From Terriglobia bacterium (lineage in GTDB: Bacteria > Acidobacteriota > Terriglobia > Acidiferrales > UBA7541): DNA of 64,000 bases. Position 1 is the stretch's first letter. Every line of letters begins with the position of its first letter. The notes under the pieces are model-generated. The model was not told where the DNA came from. It saw nothing but the letters and a program-made list of their open reading frames with translations, and did not search any database. Both the position numbers and the translations under genes were made by a program. Location: contig OY968796.1 of assembly GCA_963695545.1 (NCBI GenBank), positions 2,208,001-2,272,000 of the forward strand, given 5' to 3'. This document shows positions 1 through 10,835 of the stretch, piece by piece.

Positions 1-2
1 TC

Positions 3-560
3 CGCGACGCCGATCGCGTTTTGCGGCCCGAAGCCATTCTCGCGAGCAACACTTCCTCGATTTCTATTGCCGCGCTGGCTGCGGCGACTTCGCGGCCCGA
101 TCGTTTCGTGGGTATGCACTTCATGAATCCGGTGCCGGTGATGGAATTGGTCGAAGTGGTGCGCGCGCCGCAAACGAGTGAAGCGACGCTCGCAACCACG
201 ATGGAGATTGCCCGCTCGCTCGGAAAAACGCCGGTGGCCGTGAATGATGCTCCGGGCTTCGTTGCCAATCGCGTGCTGATGCCGATGATCAACGAAGCGG
301 CGTTTGCCGTGATGGAGGGCGTGGCCACGCCGGAAGCGGTGGACGCCGTGATGCGCACGGGTATGAATCATCCGATGGGGCCGCTGGAGCTTGCCGACCT
401 GATTGGAATCGACGTGTGCGTGGATATTCTGGATGTGCTGGAAGCCGGATTTCCCCGCTCGAAAGAAGCCTCGAAGTACAGTGCCTGCCCGTTGCTGCGG
501 AAGATGGTCGCCGAGGGGCGGCTGGGCCGAAAATCGGGCCGCGGCTTTTACAAATACTGA
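3..560 (+). CDS. 3-hydroxyacyl(butyryl)-CoA dehydrogenase, 5'-truncated by window edge
   Basis: [41 protein letters not shown] and [12 protein letters not shown] motifs. Confidence 0.9.
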   Translation, partial: RDADRVLRPEAILASNTSSISIAALAAATSRPDRFVGMHFMNPVPVMELVEVVRAPQTSEATLATTMEIARSLGKTPVAVNDAPGFVANRVLMPMINEAAFAVMEGVATPEAVDAVMRTGMNHPMGPLELADLIGIDVCVDILDVLEAGFPRSKEASKYSACPLLRKMVAEGRLGRKSGRGFYKY

Positions 561-615
561 GAAATCGCAAGCGGGTCGACGGACCGCTCGGCGTTTCGCA
601 TACCAGGCTTTTCCA

Positions 616-2227
616 TCACTGATTAGGGACTTCTGAATTCGGCGCGGGTGTAAGGATGATGATTTCGTTGAATTGTTGGTCCCGCGTGAGCGGCGGGAAG
701 GAGTACATGTTCTGGACGTAGGGGACGGAGGGGTCGCCCGCGACGGTGGCCAGGCGCATTTTATCGGGTGGAATCTGGGACCAGAAGATTCGCGTGGGAG
801 TGCTGCGGTCGGTGACGCCCCAGACTTTGCGCTCGCTGCCCATTTCATAAAGAGTCCAATTGACGTGGAACGTCGCGGGCCAAACCATCCAGTAATCGCC
901 GAGGATGTGAGTTGCGCCGGACTGAAGAATTGCCGGAGTGTGCTGGCCTAGTGTTTGGTCAAGATCGGCGCGCACTTTTGCGAGCGACGGGCGGCCGTAA
1001 AGATATAGGGGCGTGCACAGAAACAGAATCATGGCCGTGGCCATCAGGGCGCGTCGCGCGCTGAGGCGGAGGAGGCTATAAAGAGGAAGCAGCGCCCAGG
1101 CGACGGCGCCGACTTGCAGCAGGACCATCGATTGCAGGGCGAATCGTGGATCAAATTCGGTGTTCTGAATATGCGAAAGACTTCCCATCAGCAGAAAGCT
1201 GACGAGCGCGGACGTTATCAGGATCGCCGCGGGAGGATTGGTTCCGCGGATTTTTCCACGCGCGAAAAGGCGAACAAGCACTCCCAATGCGAGCAGCGAC
1301 GCGACGGCGATTCCCCACGATCCAACCAGGTACTCGGACCAGACGCTCTTCGCAAACTGAAACCAGACTTCTGGCAACCTCCACGGCTGGACCGGAGGGT
1401 AAGGCCAATCGCCGTCCGCAGCCGCGATGGAAACGATTCCGGACCAGGCATAGCTGGCTGCGAAGCTGAGAAGTACGAGCAGTGCGGCAATACCCGAATC
1501 GTGATGGAGAAAACTTTTCGTTTTTGAAATGAACGACGGGGAAATGTTCCGCTGGCCGCTGCTTGAGATGCCGCCAACAGTGGCCCTGCTCCCGCGCACC
1601 GCGAGGTCGAGATACCAGCGGAAAAAAATGAGAGGGAGCAGGACAAAAATAACGGCGGCATCGACCCACGAGGCCAGAAGAAGGCACATTAGACCGAAAG
1701 TAATTCGGAGTGGGCGAGAATATTTCGAGTTTTCGAGCAGCAGCAGAGCGGCCAACCCGAAGAACATTCCAACGCCGTACGGTTGCGCGAGGCCGAGGTA
1801 GAGAAAGCGCGTCAGTGGCGTTAAAGAGCAGAAAAAGGGAAGCGGCGAGGGCGCCTGTAAAGAGCCAGGCTCTGGGCACGACGTAGCGCGCGCATAAAAA
1901 GAAAGCAGCCAAGCCGCAGAACACATTGATCGCAGACTGGACCAGCAGATTTGTGAGTGGATTCTTAAAGGGCATCGCCAGGAGCGGAACGAGCATACCC
2001 AGGCGGTCCTGATCCCAGTAGAAGGGCGTCCAGCGGTACAAGCTCACCATTACCGGCACGATCGAATCGCTGTTGTGCAGGCGATGAAACGATCCGAAGT
2101 CGACGCACAGCGCGGCGACGGCGGCGGCGGTCCAAAATAAAATTGTCTGAGCGCGGGGCTGCGTAACTTGCGGTGGATCTGCTTGCGCTGCGGCCAGCGG
2201 GGTGGTGCGATTCGAAGGAATTTCCAT
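616..2227 (-). CDS. Multi-pass membrane protein (GT-C-like), split by one apparent frameshift near 1823
   Basis: N-terminal half (NSDSIVPVMVSLYRWTPFYWDQDRLG) in ORF 1151..2242 continues as the hydrophobic ORF 616..1926 (TPLTRFLYLG...); removing one base at ~1823 joins them. Confidence 0.6.
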
Positions 2228-2319
2228 TTTGGCCCGGCCCAACGGGCGACGCGCATCTTACCGTGCCGGTCCAGAATGCTCCAGTCAGGGTTCTGGCGTG
2301 GCGGAAACGCCGCGTGGAG

Positions 2320-3321
2320 CTACGGCCAAATCTTGTTCAGGATCATGGAGAGGCGGACGCCGGCTTTGGCCAATTGCTCTTCGATGACGGGCGCGGCGGC
2401 GTCTTGATAATCCTGGCCGATCTGTTCGTTTAGCGCGAGCATTCGCTCGCCGATGTGATTGTTGTCAGCGCAGGAATTGATTGCGACCGGCGATTCGATC
2501 GGAATCTTCACGGGCAAATCGCCGTATGAAACTTTCTCCGCGAGCTCGTGGCTCTCCCATCCCCAATTGTCGAAGATCATGCCGCCGTGCTGCCAGGATG
2601 CGATCTGGGATTTGAATTGCTGGTCGAGTTGCGCGGCGAATTGATCCAGGGATTGGCCTTCCGATATTCGCCCCAGGATCCTGGAGTCCCACGCGTTGTG
2701 CAGATTCGGATAGTAGGCAATCACAGGGTGCGGAATATAGGGGGGGCCGGGCATGTACGATGTCACCTTCGTGGCCTTGGGAGGAGCGCCGAAAAAGGTG
2801 ACGGGAACGCAATTGCCGCCCTGATCGCTGTTGGTGGTGCAGTGCAGCGGCTGGTGAATGTCTCCGGCAAAGTGGATCACGAATCGCAGGGCGTTGGCTT
2901 TGGCTGCCGGATCGGCTCCCGGAGAATTGAGGATTGCGATCTGAGCTTTGAGCGCGGCCGTGATGCAGCTCGTGGAGGCGGAGCAATACTGATCGATATT
3001 GCGCCGCTTTGCGCCGCGGGGAATATCGAAGAAATGCCAGCCCTCGGTTTCCGGGTGACCGGTACGGTAATCGTCGGCCCAAGTGGAGGCGTCGACGATC
3101 GGGTCTGCGCTCACCGGCTGGCAATATCGCTTGAGATCGGGATCAATGGGATTGTCTTTCAGGATTTTGTCGGCCATCGCCAGCGCGCGCGGGTTGAGAT
3201 GCATTTCGGCGATGAGCGCGACGGTCTGATGGCCTTCGCAGCCCCACGCGCGCGCCTGGGGAGTGGCCGCAACGAAGCAGAAAATCGTGATTAGGATGGC
3301 AGGGGTAAGGATGCGTTTCAC
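2320..3321 (-). CDS. S1/P1 nuclease, secreted
   Basis: Signal peptide followed by WGCEGHQTVALIAE, WADD, HFAGDIHQPLH and NLHNAWD zinc motifs; AGGAGG before the GTG. Confidence 0.9.
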   Translation of the reverse strand: MKRILTPAILITIFCFVAATPQARAWGCEGHQTVALIAEMHLNPRALAMADKILKDNPIDPDLKRYCQPVSADPIVDASTWADDYRTGHPETEGWHFFDIPRGAKRRNIDQYCSASTSCITAALKAQIAILNSPGADPAAKANALRFVIHFAGDIHQPLHCTTNSDQGGNCVPVTFFGAPPKATKVTSYMPGPPYIPHPVIAYYPNLHNAWDSRILGRISEGQSLDQFAAQLDQQFKSQIASWQHGGMIFDNWGWESHELAEKVSYGDLPVKIPIESPVAINSCADNNHIGERMLALNEQIGQDYQDAAAPVIEEQLAKAGVRLSMILNKIWP

Positions 3322-3507
3322 CGAAGACCTCCTGGGGCGTAGCATCGACATAATGATAGTGCAGCAACGCCTGGGAGCAAAGTTTGCGGAGTTTTCCGCG
3401 TCCGATCGCGCCCGCGGAGCGGAACCTGGTCTTCGGGCCGGTCACTGACCGCGCACGTTTGGAGATGTTTGGGGCGCGCGTACAGAACCGAGGGCTAGAA
3501 TAGAGGC

Positions 3508-3654
3508 ATGGAGAAGAAGATATTCTGGATTACGTTCACGGTTCTCGGACTGATCGCGGATTTCGCGCTGCCGCTGTGGTGGGCGGTGATCGCCACGATT
3601 CCGATCGGCTATGCGAGCTGGTGGCTCGCGTACCGCAGCGGCTGGCTGGGCTGA
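3508..3654 (+). CDS. Small 48-aa membrane protein (absent from ORF track)
   Basis: GAGG before ATG; MEKKIFWITFTVLGLIADFALPLWWAVIATIPIGYASWWLAYRSGWLG*; GC3-rich codons; two hydrophobic segments. Confidence 0.7.
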   Translation: MEKKIFWITFTVLGLIADFALPLWWAVIATIPIGYASWWLAYRSGWLG

Positions 3655-3764
3655 CGATCTATCCTCCTTCGAGTCTCCTCGAACACAGTTTGATCCGCCG
3701 TAAGTTTGAAATTCTTCAGTTTCGATTGATCCGGACGCGAAGCGACGAATATACTTCGGGCGTT

Positions 3765-4193
3765 ATGGAGCCCCGGATCAGCATCATTACTCTTGGCGTG
3801 AAGGACCTGGAGCGCTCTTTGCGCTTCTATCGAGACGGCCTCGGATTGCCGACGACGCGGCGGGCGGAGCAGGGAATCATTTTCTTTCAAACTTCCGGAG
3901 CGTGCCTTGCTCTCTACCCCTACCCTGAACTCGCAAAGGACGTATCGGAAGCCTTTCTGGTCGAGAAGTCGAAATTCACGGGCATCACGCTGGCTCATAA
4001 CGTGCGGCGCAAGGAAGACGTGGACAGCGTCCTGCGACAGGCCGAGTTGGCGGGCGCCAAGATCGAAAAGGCCGCTGCAAATACGGATTGGGGCGGGTAT
4101 AGCGGCTATTTTTCCGATCCGGACGGCTATCTTTGGGAAGTGGCGTGGGGAGCATTCGAGATTCGGGACGACGGAAGTTTGATCATTACCTGA
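3765..4193 (+). CDS. VOC/glyoxalase family protein
   Basis: MEPRISIITLGVKDLERSLRFY...WGGYSGYFSDPDGYLWEVA. Confidence 0.9.
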   Translation: MEPRISIITLGVKDLERSLRFYRDGLGLPTTRRAEQGIIFFQTSGACLALYPYPELAKDVSEAFLVEKSKFTGITLAHNVRRKEDVDSVLRQAELAGAKIEKAAANTDWGGYSGYFSDPDGYLWEVAWGAFEIRDDGSLIIT

Positions 4194-4276
4194 GCGATGC
4201 CGGGCGCGCGGCAGGCTCGGGAATTCCCCTGTTCAAACTGGGCGGGCAAGCGGATGATCCGGGAGGCGAATAATGT

Positions 4277-4306
4277 ATTTGCTTTTTCTTCGCCTCGTGG
4301 TAGGAT
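4277..4306 (+). promoter_or_regulatory. recA promoter with candidate LexA box
   Basis: TTTGCT-N17-TAGGAT (TG extended -10) overlapped by ATTT-N7-CTTCGCC, resembling the lexA-upstream ATTC-N7-ATTCGCC. Confidence 0.5.
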
Positions 4307-4417
4307 GTCGGGCGTGGTGACGCGAAAAACAACTTTGCCCTGCTCCATAGACTTTCTGGTAAACTTGGCGACCGCAGGCAGCCTCGCGTCCCCGAACTGC
4401 CCCCATCGAGGTGAGTT

Positions 4418-5545
<1,128 letters not shown>

Positions 5546-5747
5546 TTTTGGCTGGCCCCAATCGAGATATTAGCCGCCGAAATTGGATCGCAGAGCGGCT
5601 GACACTGGCCAATCGTACAGGTACGTTCAAGCACCGTGGTGCAACGTTGAGCCTTGCCCGCCGCATCTCAGTTTACATAGAATAGACGCAGGTAGGCTTT
5701 CCTCGCGGCCGGGCAATTCAGGACCCGCGGTAAGTCACCGGGCCCTT

Positions 5748-6932
5748 ATGCGGATACCCAACCCTATTCGGCGGGCTCTGGCGATTGTGGCGTGCGCGAT
5801 GTTCCTTTGCGTGCCGCCTGCTCCATTGTGGAGCGCGGGGGCCGCGCCTCGTCCGGGAACGACGACTTCGACTACGACAACGAGGACCGCGCGAAAGCGC
5901 AGCGTAACTCGTTATGGCGTGCCGACGTACGCCGATTCCACAATCGGCGATGACACGGAATACGACGATCCGATTGTGCGCCAGGCCGCGGTCGACGCGC
6001 TGGGGCGCTTCAATGGCGCGGTGGTGGCGATCGATCCGAATAACGGCCGTATCCTCACGGTCGTGAATCAGCAACTTGCGTTTTCCGCGGGATTCATTCC
6101 TTGTTCGACGATCAAGCCGGTGATCGCGCTGGCCGCGCTCGAGCAGGGCGTAATCAACCAGGACAGCATGCTCGAGGTGGCGCGCCGCCGGTACATGAAT
6201 TTGACCGAGGCGCTGGCGCACTCGAACAACGAATTCTTTGCGAGTTTGGGCCGCGAGATGGGCTTCGACACGGTGCTGCACTACGCTCAAATGATGGGCC
6301 TGGGCGAGCGCACCGGATATAACATTCCAGAAGAACAGGCTGGCGTGTTGCCGACGGCGCCGCCGCTGAATGGTGGCGTCGGGCGGATGTCCAGCTTCGG
6401 CGAAGGCATTCAGATCACGCCGTTTGAATTGGGCTCAGTGGTCGCGACGATCGCGAATGGCGGAACGATGTACTACTTGCAATATCCGCGTACGCAGGAA
6501 GCGCGCGACAACTTTGAGCCGCGCATCAAGCGGCAGCTGGCGATCGAATCGCTGCTGCCCGAGATTCGCGACGGCATGCTGGCCGCCGTGCTGTACGGCA
6601 CAGCGCAGCGAAGTTGGGACTACGACGATAACGAGCAGCCGCTGGGCAAGACTGGCTCGTGTTCAGATTCGGCTTCGCGCATCGGCTGGTTTGCTTCCTA
6701 CGCCGACGAACTGCATCCGCGCATCGTGCTCGTGGTGCTGATGCGCGGTCACAACCACGTGGTCGAAGGCCCGATGGCCGCGGGAATTGCCGGGCGCATT
6801 TATCACCGCTTGAACGAAGAAAACTATTTCGCTTCGGAACTGCCCGCCGGGGAAACGAGACCTTCGATTCCCGCCGCGACCGCCGCTTCCGCGACGTCCG
6901 ACGCCTCGGGCGCAGCCGGATCCGTCCGCTAG
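5748..6932 (+). CDS. Penicillin-binding transpeptidase-domain protein
   Basis: SxxK (CSTIK), SxN (HSNN), KTG (GKTGS); N-terminal signal/anchor. Confidence 0.85.
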   Translation: MRIPNPIRRALAIVACAMFLCVPPAPLWSAGAAPRPGTTTSTTTTRTARKRSVTRYGVPTYADSTIGDDTEYDDPIVRQAAVDALGRFNGAVVAIDPNNGRILTVVNQQLAFSAGFIPCSTIKPVIALAALEQGVINQDSMLEVARRRYMNLTEALAHSNNEFFASLGREMGFDTVLHYAQMMGLGERTGYNIPEEQAGVLPTAPPLNGGVGRMSSFGEGIQITPFELGSVVATIANGGTMYYLQYPRTQEARDNFEPRIKRQLAIESLLPEIRDGMLAAVLYGTAQRSWDYDDNEQPLGKTGSCSDSASRIGWFASYADELHPRIVLVVLMRGHNHVVEGPMAAGIAGRIYHRLNEENYFASELPAGETRPSIPAATAASATSDASGAAGSVR

Positions 6933-7035
6933 GCGCGACCACTCTCCGTCTTTCGCTGTTCTCGCATTTTTCCCTCACACGTTCGCGGTTTGAGGTAGGA
7001 TGTGCGCTCACCGTTCGTCTCGCCGGAGGAATGTG

Positions 7036-8085
7036 ATGCGCTTTGTGAAAATCCTGGGCTACACAGTACTCGTGCTGCTCGCGGTGCTCGCCGTGGGAAT
7101 CACGTTCACGATTGGCTGGCGGCCGTTCATTGGTCCGAAGGCGCGGCCGCTGACTGATCGCAAATTCGATGTAACGCCAGCGCGGCTGGAGCGCGGCCGG
7201 TACCTTGTGGAGAACGTTGCCGGCTGCATGGATTGCCATTCGCAGCACGATTGGACGCAGCACGACAGGCCGATCCTCCCCGGCATGGAAGGCGCCGGCG
7301 GCAACATGCCCTTGGCCGGCTTGCCGGGCGTCGTGAATCCGCCGAATATAACGCCGGATCCCGAAACCGGCGCGGGCACCTGGACCGACGACCAACTCGC
7401 GCGCGCCATCCGCGAAGGAATTGGCCACGACGGCCGCGCGCTGTTTCCGATGATGCCGTACCACGATTTCCGCAGCATGTCGGATGAGGACTTGGCTTCG
7501 GTCGTGGTATACCTGCGCTCGCTGCCGCCGGTGCACAACGTGGTTCCTCCCACGCAGATAATTTTCCCGGTGAAGTATTTGATGCGCAGCGTTCCGCAGC
7601 CGCTGACCGCGCCGGTTCCGGAACCTGATCTTTCCACTCCCGTAAAGCGCGGCGCGTATCTTGTGACAATCGCGGGTTGCCGAGACTGCCATACGCCGGA
7701 AGACAAGCATGGCAATTCCATCACGAAACTCGATCTTGCCGGCGGTTTTGTTTTGGACGGGCCTTGGGGAAAAGTGGCTTCCGCGAATATCACTCCTGAC
7801 CCGAGCGGCATTCCCTATTACAGCGACGTGCTTTTTCTGCAGGCTCTCCGGAGTGGCTACGTCGGATCGCGCAAGCTTTCGCAGATCATGCCCTGGGCCA
7901 CATTTCGCGGCATGACCGATCAGGATTTGCTCTCGATCTTCGCTTATCTGAAGACTGTTCCGCCGATTCATCACCGCGTGGACAACTCTTTGCCTCCCAC
8001 ACTGTGCCCGCTGGACGGAAACATGCATGGCGGCGGTGATGGCAACGCGGCGCCGAGTGCAAGCTCGAGCGGCACATCGAACTGA
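7036..8085 (+). CDS. Membrane-anchored diheme c-type cytochrome
   Basis: Two CxxCH motifs (CMDCH, CRDCH), repeated NITPDP..G and MP motifs; GGAGGA RBS. Confidence 0.9.
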   Translation: MRFVKILGYTVLVLLAVLAVGITFTIGWRPFIGPKARPLTDRKFDVTPARLERGRYLVENVAGCMDCHSQHDWTQHDRPILPGMEGAGGNMPLAGLPGVVNPPNITPDPETGAGTWTDDQLARAIREGIGHDGRALFPMMPYHDFRSMSDEDLASVVVYLRSLPPVHNVVPPTQIIFPVKYLMRSVPQPLTAPVPEPDLSTPVKRGAYLVTIAGCRDCHTPEDKHGNSITKLDLAGGFVLDGPWGKVASANITPDPSGIPYYSDVLFLQALRSGYVGSRKLSQIMPWATFRGMTDQDLLSIFAYLKTVPPIHHRVDNSLPPTLCPLDGNMHGGGDGNAAPSASSSGTSN

Positions 8086-8100
8086 GAATCGAATCACGGG

Positions 8101-10026
8101 CTAGTCCTGATTCGCGCCGCTGAATGCGGCGCCCTGTGCGGCAAGGACGGCCGGAAGTTTCTCCGGGTGGTCGACGAGATCAAGTACGCCCACGCGAATA
8201 TCGACCGGAGCTCCGAAAAATTCGCGCTGATCGGAAGGGAGAGGGGGGCCTCCCGGGCTGCCGGCTGCGGGGATCGGCGCCGGAAGCTGTACGGCGTACA
8301 TGCTGCCGCCCGCGAGCGCCTCATGCGGGTACTCCATGATCCAGGCGCAATTGTGCGTATCAAGAATCATGTTGGCCGAGAGCACCACCCACTGGCCCTG
8401 GTCCGCGGGCGTGGGCTGCTGGCAATTCCACAGCCGCGCTTGCGGGGCGACCACGCTGGGATCGAAGAGACCGTAAGAGTCCACCTCGATTCTTTGTAGG
8501 CCGCGCTGTTCGGCAAAGCGCGCCACTTCGGGCATGGCCTGGCCCCAATCAACATTCGCGTCGTTCACCAGCGTGTATGCGGGATGCTCGAAGCTGAGAG
8601 CGTTGACATAGGGGAAGTAATACGGATACGTGCGCACTGCCGTGAACAAGCAGCAGAGAGCCATCACAGCGGCGAGTGCGGCCGTAAGGCGCTCCGGCGC
8701 GGGAGCGGACGCGCGAAGCCGCTTCAACATTTGGGGCAGGGGAGCCAGCATTAAAATCAGCAGAACTACCGGAATGGTGAAATGGCGGAAGCTGATATCG
8801 AGGCGGCTCGCCATGCAAACAGCCGTGAACACGATGAGCGAGGTCCACAACGCCCGCCAGTGCAAGCCCCATTCCGCGGGAATGACGGACGGACCGCCCG
8901 GCTCGCGACGCCGACGATGCAGCGCAACGGCGATTGCCAGGACGAGCAGTCCGAGGAATCCCAGCGGAGATTTGAAAAGGAAAACGACCGGAAAATAGAA
9001 CCAGACCCCGTGCTTATAGGCGTGACTCAGGATGAAGGTTGGCCGGCTTGAGGTGATCGCGAGCATGAAAAGCCCGCGCAGATAGAGCCACGGCGGCATG
9101 AGCAGACGGCGCAGAATCGCCGCCGCCGGCCAGTGACCGAGGCGATCGAGAGAGTCCGTCGGCTGGCGCAAAGAAAGGATGAAATAAACCACGTAAACGA
9201 AAAGAGCGGCCCACAGGATGCCGCTCCACGTCGCTCGCCGGCGAAGCCGGCGCCAGGCGCGCGCTTCCGGTTTTGTGCCAGGCTGGCCAGGCACAGGGCG
9301 CCAGAGGGTGCTGAGGGTAAACGCCGCGAAAGCGAAGAACAGAATTCCCGCTGAGAATTTGGAGAGCAGCGCGCCCGCCAGATTCAGAGCGAACCTCATG
9401 ACATTCCCGCGGCTGGGCTCCCGCCACACGCCGGCAAACGTCCATAACGTTGTGAGGGAAAACAGAGTGATCGCCAGGTCAGTGAGGACGAGGGGGCCGA
9501 ATGTGAGAAAGACGGGCATGGCGACGTACAGGCTAAGGCAGAGCAAACCGCCCCAGCCGCCTCCGAGACGCCGCCCGTACACAAAAACAATCCAGCCCAG
9601 CGCGAGCGTTAGAAGCAGCATGGGCGCGCGGGCCCAGGCAAGAGTTGTCGCCGGATCGTTCCAGCGCGTTTGAACCGAAGCGCCAAAGAAAACCTGTCCG
9701 AAATACGCAGGGAAGAATTCCTTACTCATGATCCAAGAAGGGGTCGAATAATCGGCGCGCACTCCGCGAATGACCAGCGGCAATGCCGCGAGAACTTTTG
9801 CCAGCGGCGGATGCTCTTCGTTCAAACGCAAATCGAGCCGTTGGAGATAACTTACTCCGGCACCGATGTGCGTCGGTTCGTCGAACGTGGCGGATTCGCG
9901 GCGCGCGGCCCCGCCCGCCAGAACCGCCATGAGCAGGAGCAGGAGCGCGGCCACAATCGGAAAGAAAACGCTCTGCTTGCCTTGAGCGCGGCCGTTGTCG
10001 CGCGGAACGGGCGGATTCGCGGGCAC
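8101..10026 (-). CDS. GT39/PMT-like (lipid-carrier-dependent) glycosyltransferase
   Basis: SATFDEPTHI, NEEHPPLAK, many TM segments, DANVDWGQ; GAGGAG before the GTG. Confidence 0.8.
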   Translation of the reverse strand: MPANPPVPRDNGRAQGKQSVFFPIVAALLLLLMAVLAGGAARRESATFDEPTHIGAGVSYLQRLDLRLNEEHPPLAKVLAALPLVIRGVRADYSTPSWIMSKEFFPAYFGQVFFGASVQTRWNDPATTLAWARAPMLLLTLALGWIVFVYGRRLGGGWGGLLCLSLYVAMPVFLTFGPLVLTDLAITLFSLTTLWTFAGVWREPSRGNVMRFALNLAGALLSKFSAGILFFAFAAFTLSTLWRPVPGQPGTKPEARAWRRLRRRATWSGILWAALFVYVVYFILSLRQPTDSLDRLGHWPAAAILRRLLMPPWLYLRGLFMLAITSSRPTFILSHAYKHGVWFYFPVVFLFKSPLGFLGLLVLAIAVALHRRRREPGGPSVIPAEWGLHWRALWTSLIVFTAVCMASRLDISFRHFTIPVVLLILMLAPLPQMLKRLRASAPAPERLTAALAAVMALCCLFTAVRTYPYYFPYVNALSFEHPAYTLVNDANVDWGQAMPEVARFAEQRGLQRIEVDSYGLFDPSVVAPQARLWNCQQPTPADQGQWVVLSANMILDTHNCAWIMEYPHEALAGGSMYAVQLPAPIPAAGSPGGPPLPSDQREFFGAPVDIRVGVLDLVDHPEKLPAVLAAQGAAFSGANQD

Positions 10027-10290
10027 CGAGTTCTCCTCAGAGTCTGAAATCTGGTGCAAGACCATAGGGCTGCTGCTCTCCGATGTCAACGTCGGGTTGC
10101 GCCGGCGGCTGGACGTTGAATTCAAAGGGGAATTGAACGGTACGCGCGGTAACGGCTCGATGCTTTGAGTTTTCCGGGAGTTGGCGGAAAAGCTTCAAGT
10201 CGCGGCTGAGGTTTGTGGTCGAGGGGGGTATACACCCCCGGGTATGTTTTGCGTAAGAGCGGCAAATACGGGACTTACAGGAAAAGAGTG

Positions 10291-10364
10291 ACAAAGAGTG
10301 CGCAATTGATTGAGAACAATGGATTTGCGAGTGTTTGTTTTCAATGAGTTGCGCACTCTTTTGT
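10291..10364. repeat. Long imperfect inverted repeat in AT-rich intergenic element
   Basis: AAGAGTGCGCAATTGATTGAGAACAA ... TTGTTTTCAATGAGTTGCGCACTCTT (23/26 complementary). Confidence 0.75.
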
Positions 10365-10498
10365 ATCGCCCTGAAAATAAAGGGGTTGGTGGGGCCACGT
10401 TGTAGAGATGAGTGCGTTCCTGTCGCAATGAATCGATGATATTTGGTAGGACGGGAACGGCGCCGCGAGGACGACGGGGTGTCAAGGACAACGCGGAG

Positions 10499-10520
10499 GC
10501 CTGCCTGTCGGCAGGCAGGC
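10499..10520. repeat. REP-like palindrome
   Basis: GCCTGCCTG-TCGG-CAGGCAGGC. Confidence 0.65.
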
Positions 10521-10835
10521 GTCAGAGAACGCGGAGGCTCGCGGAGATCCCTCGCTCGTTCGCCGGGCGGCGAGTTTTGTGCCAGGTTCATGCGATAGAT
10601 TAGCATGGATGATTACTGTAGGTCAACAGGTATTTGTAGGTTAGTATTCGAATAGAAGTGTTCGAATGCCTGGCTGGTATTGTCGCGTTGTTGGCGCTGG
10701 GGTTGCGCTGCGCGCCGCGCGTGAGGCGAGGCAATACGAGTTGCGAGTGGGGCTCTCGGGGATATATTCTGCGGCGGCGGGGCACGCAAAATGGAAATTC
10801 CGGGTAGGTGCCCTGTGAGGGAGTGCGGAGCAATT

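Noticed and set aside
6526..8097. Long antisense/alternate-frame ORFs (also 22676..23788, 29604..32153 and others)
   Set aside because: Shadow ORFs of GC-rich genes with Arg/Ala-rich, motif-free translations
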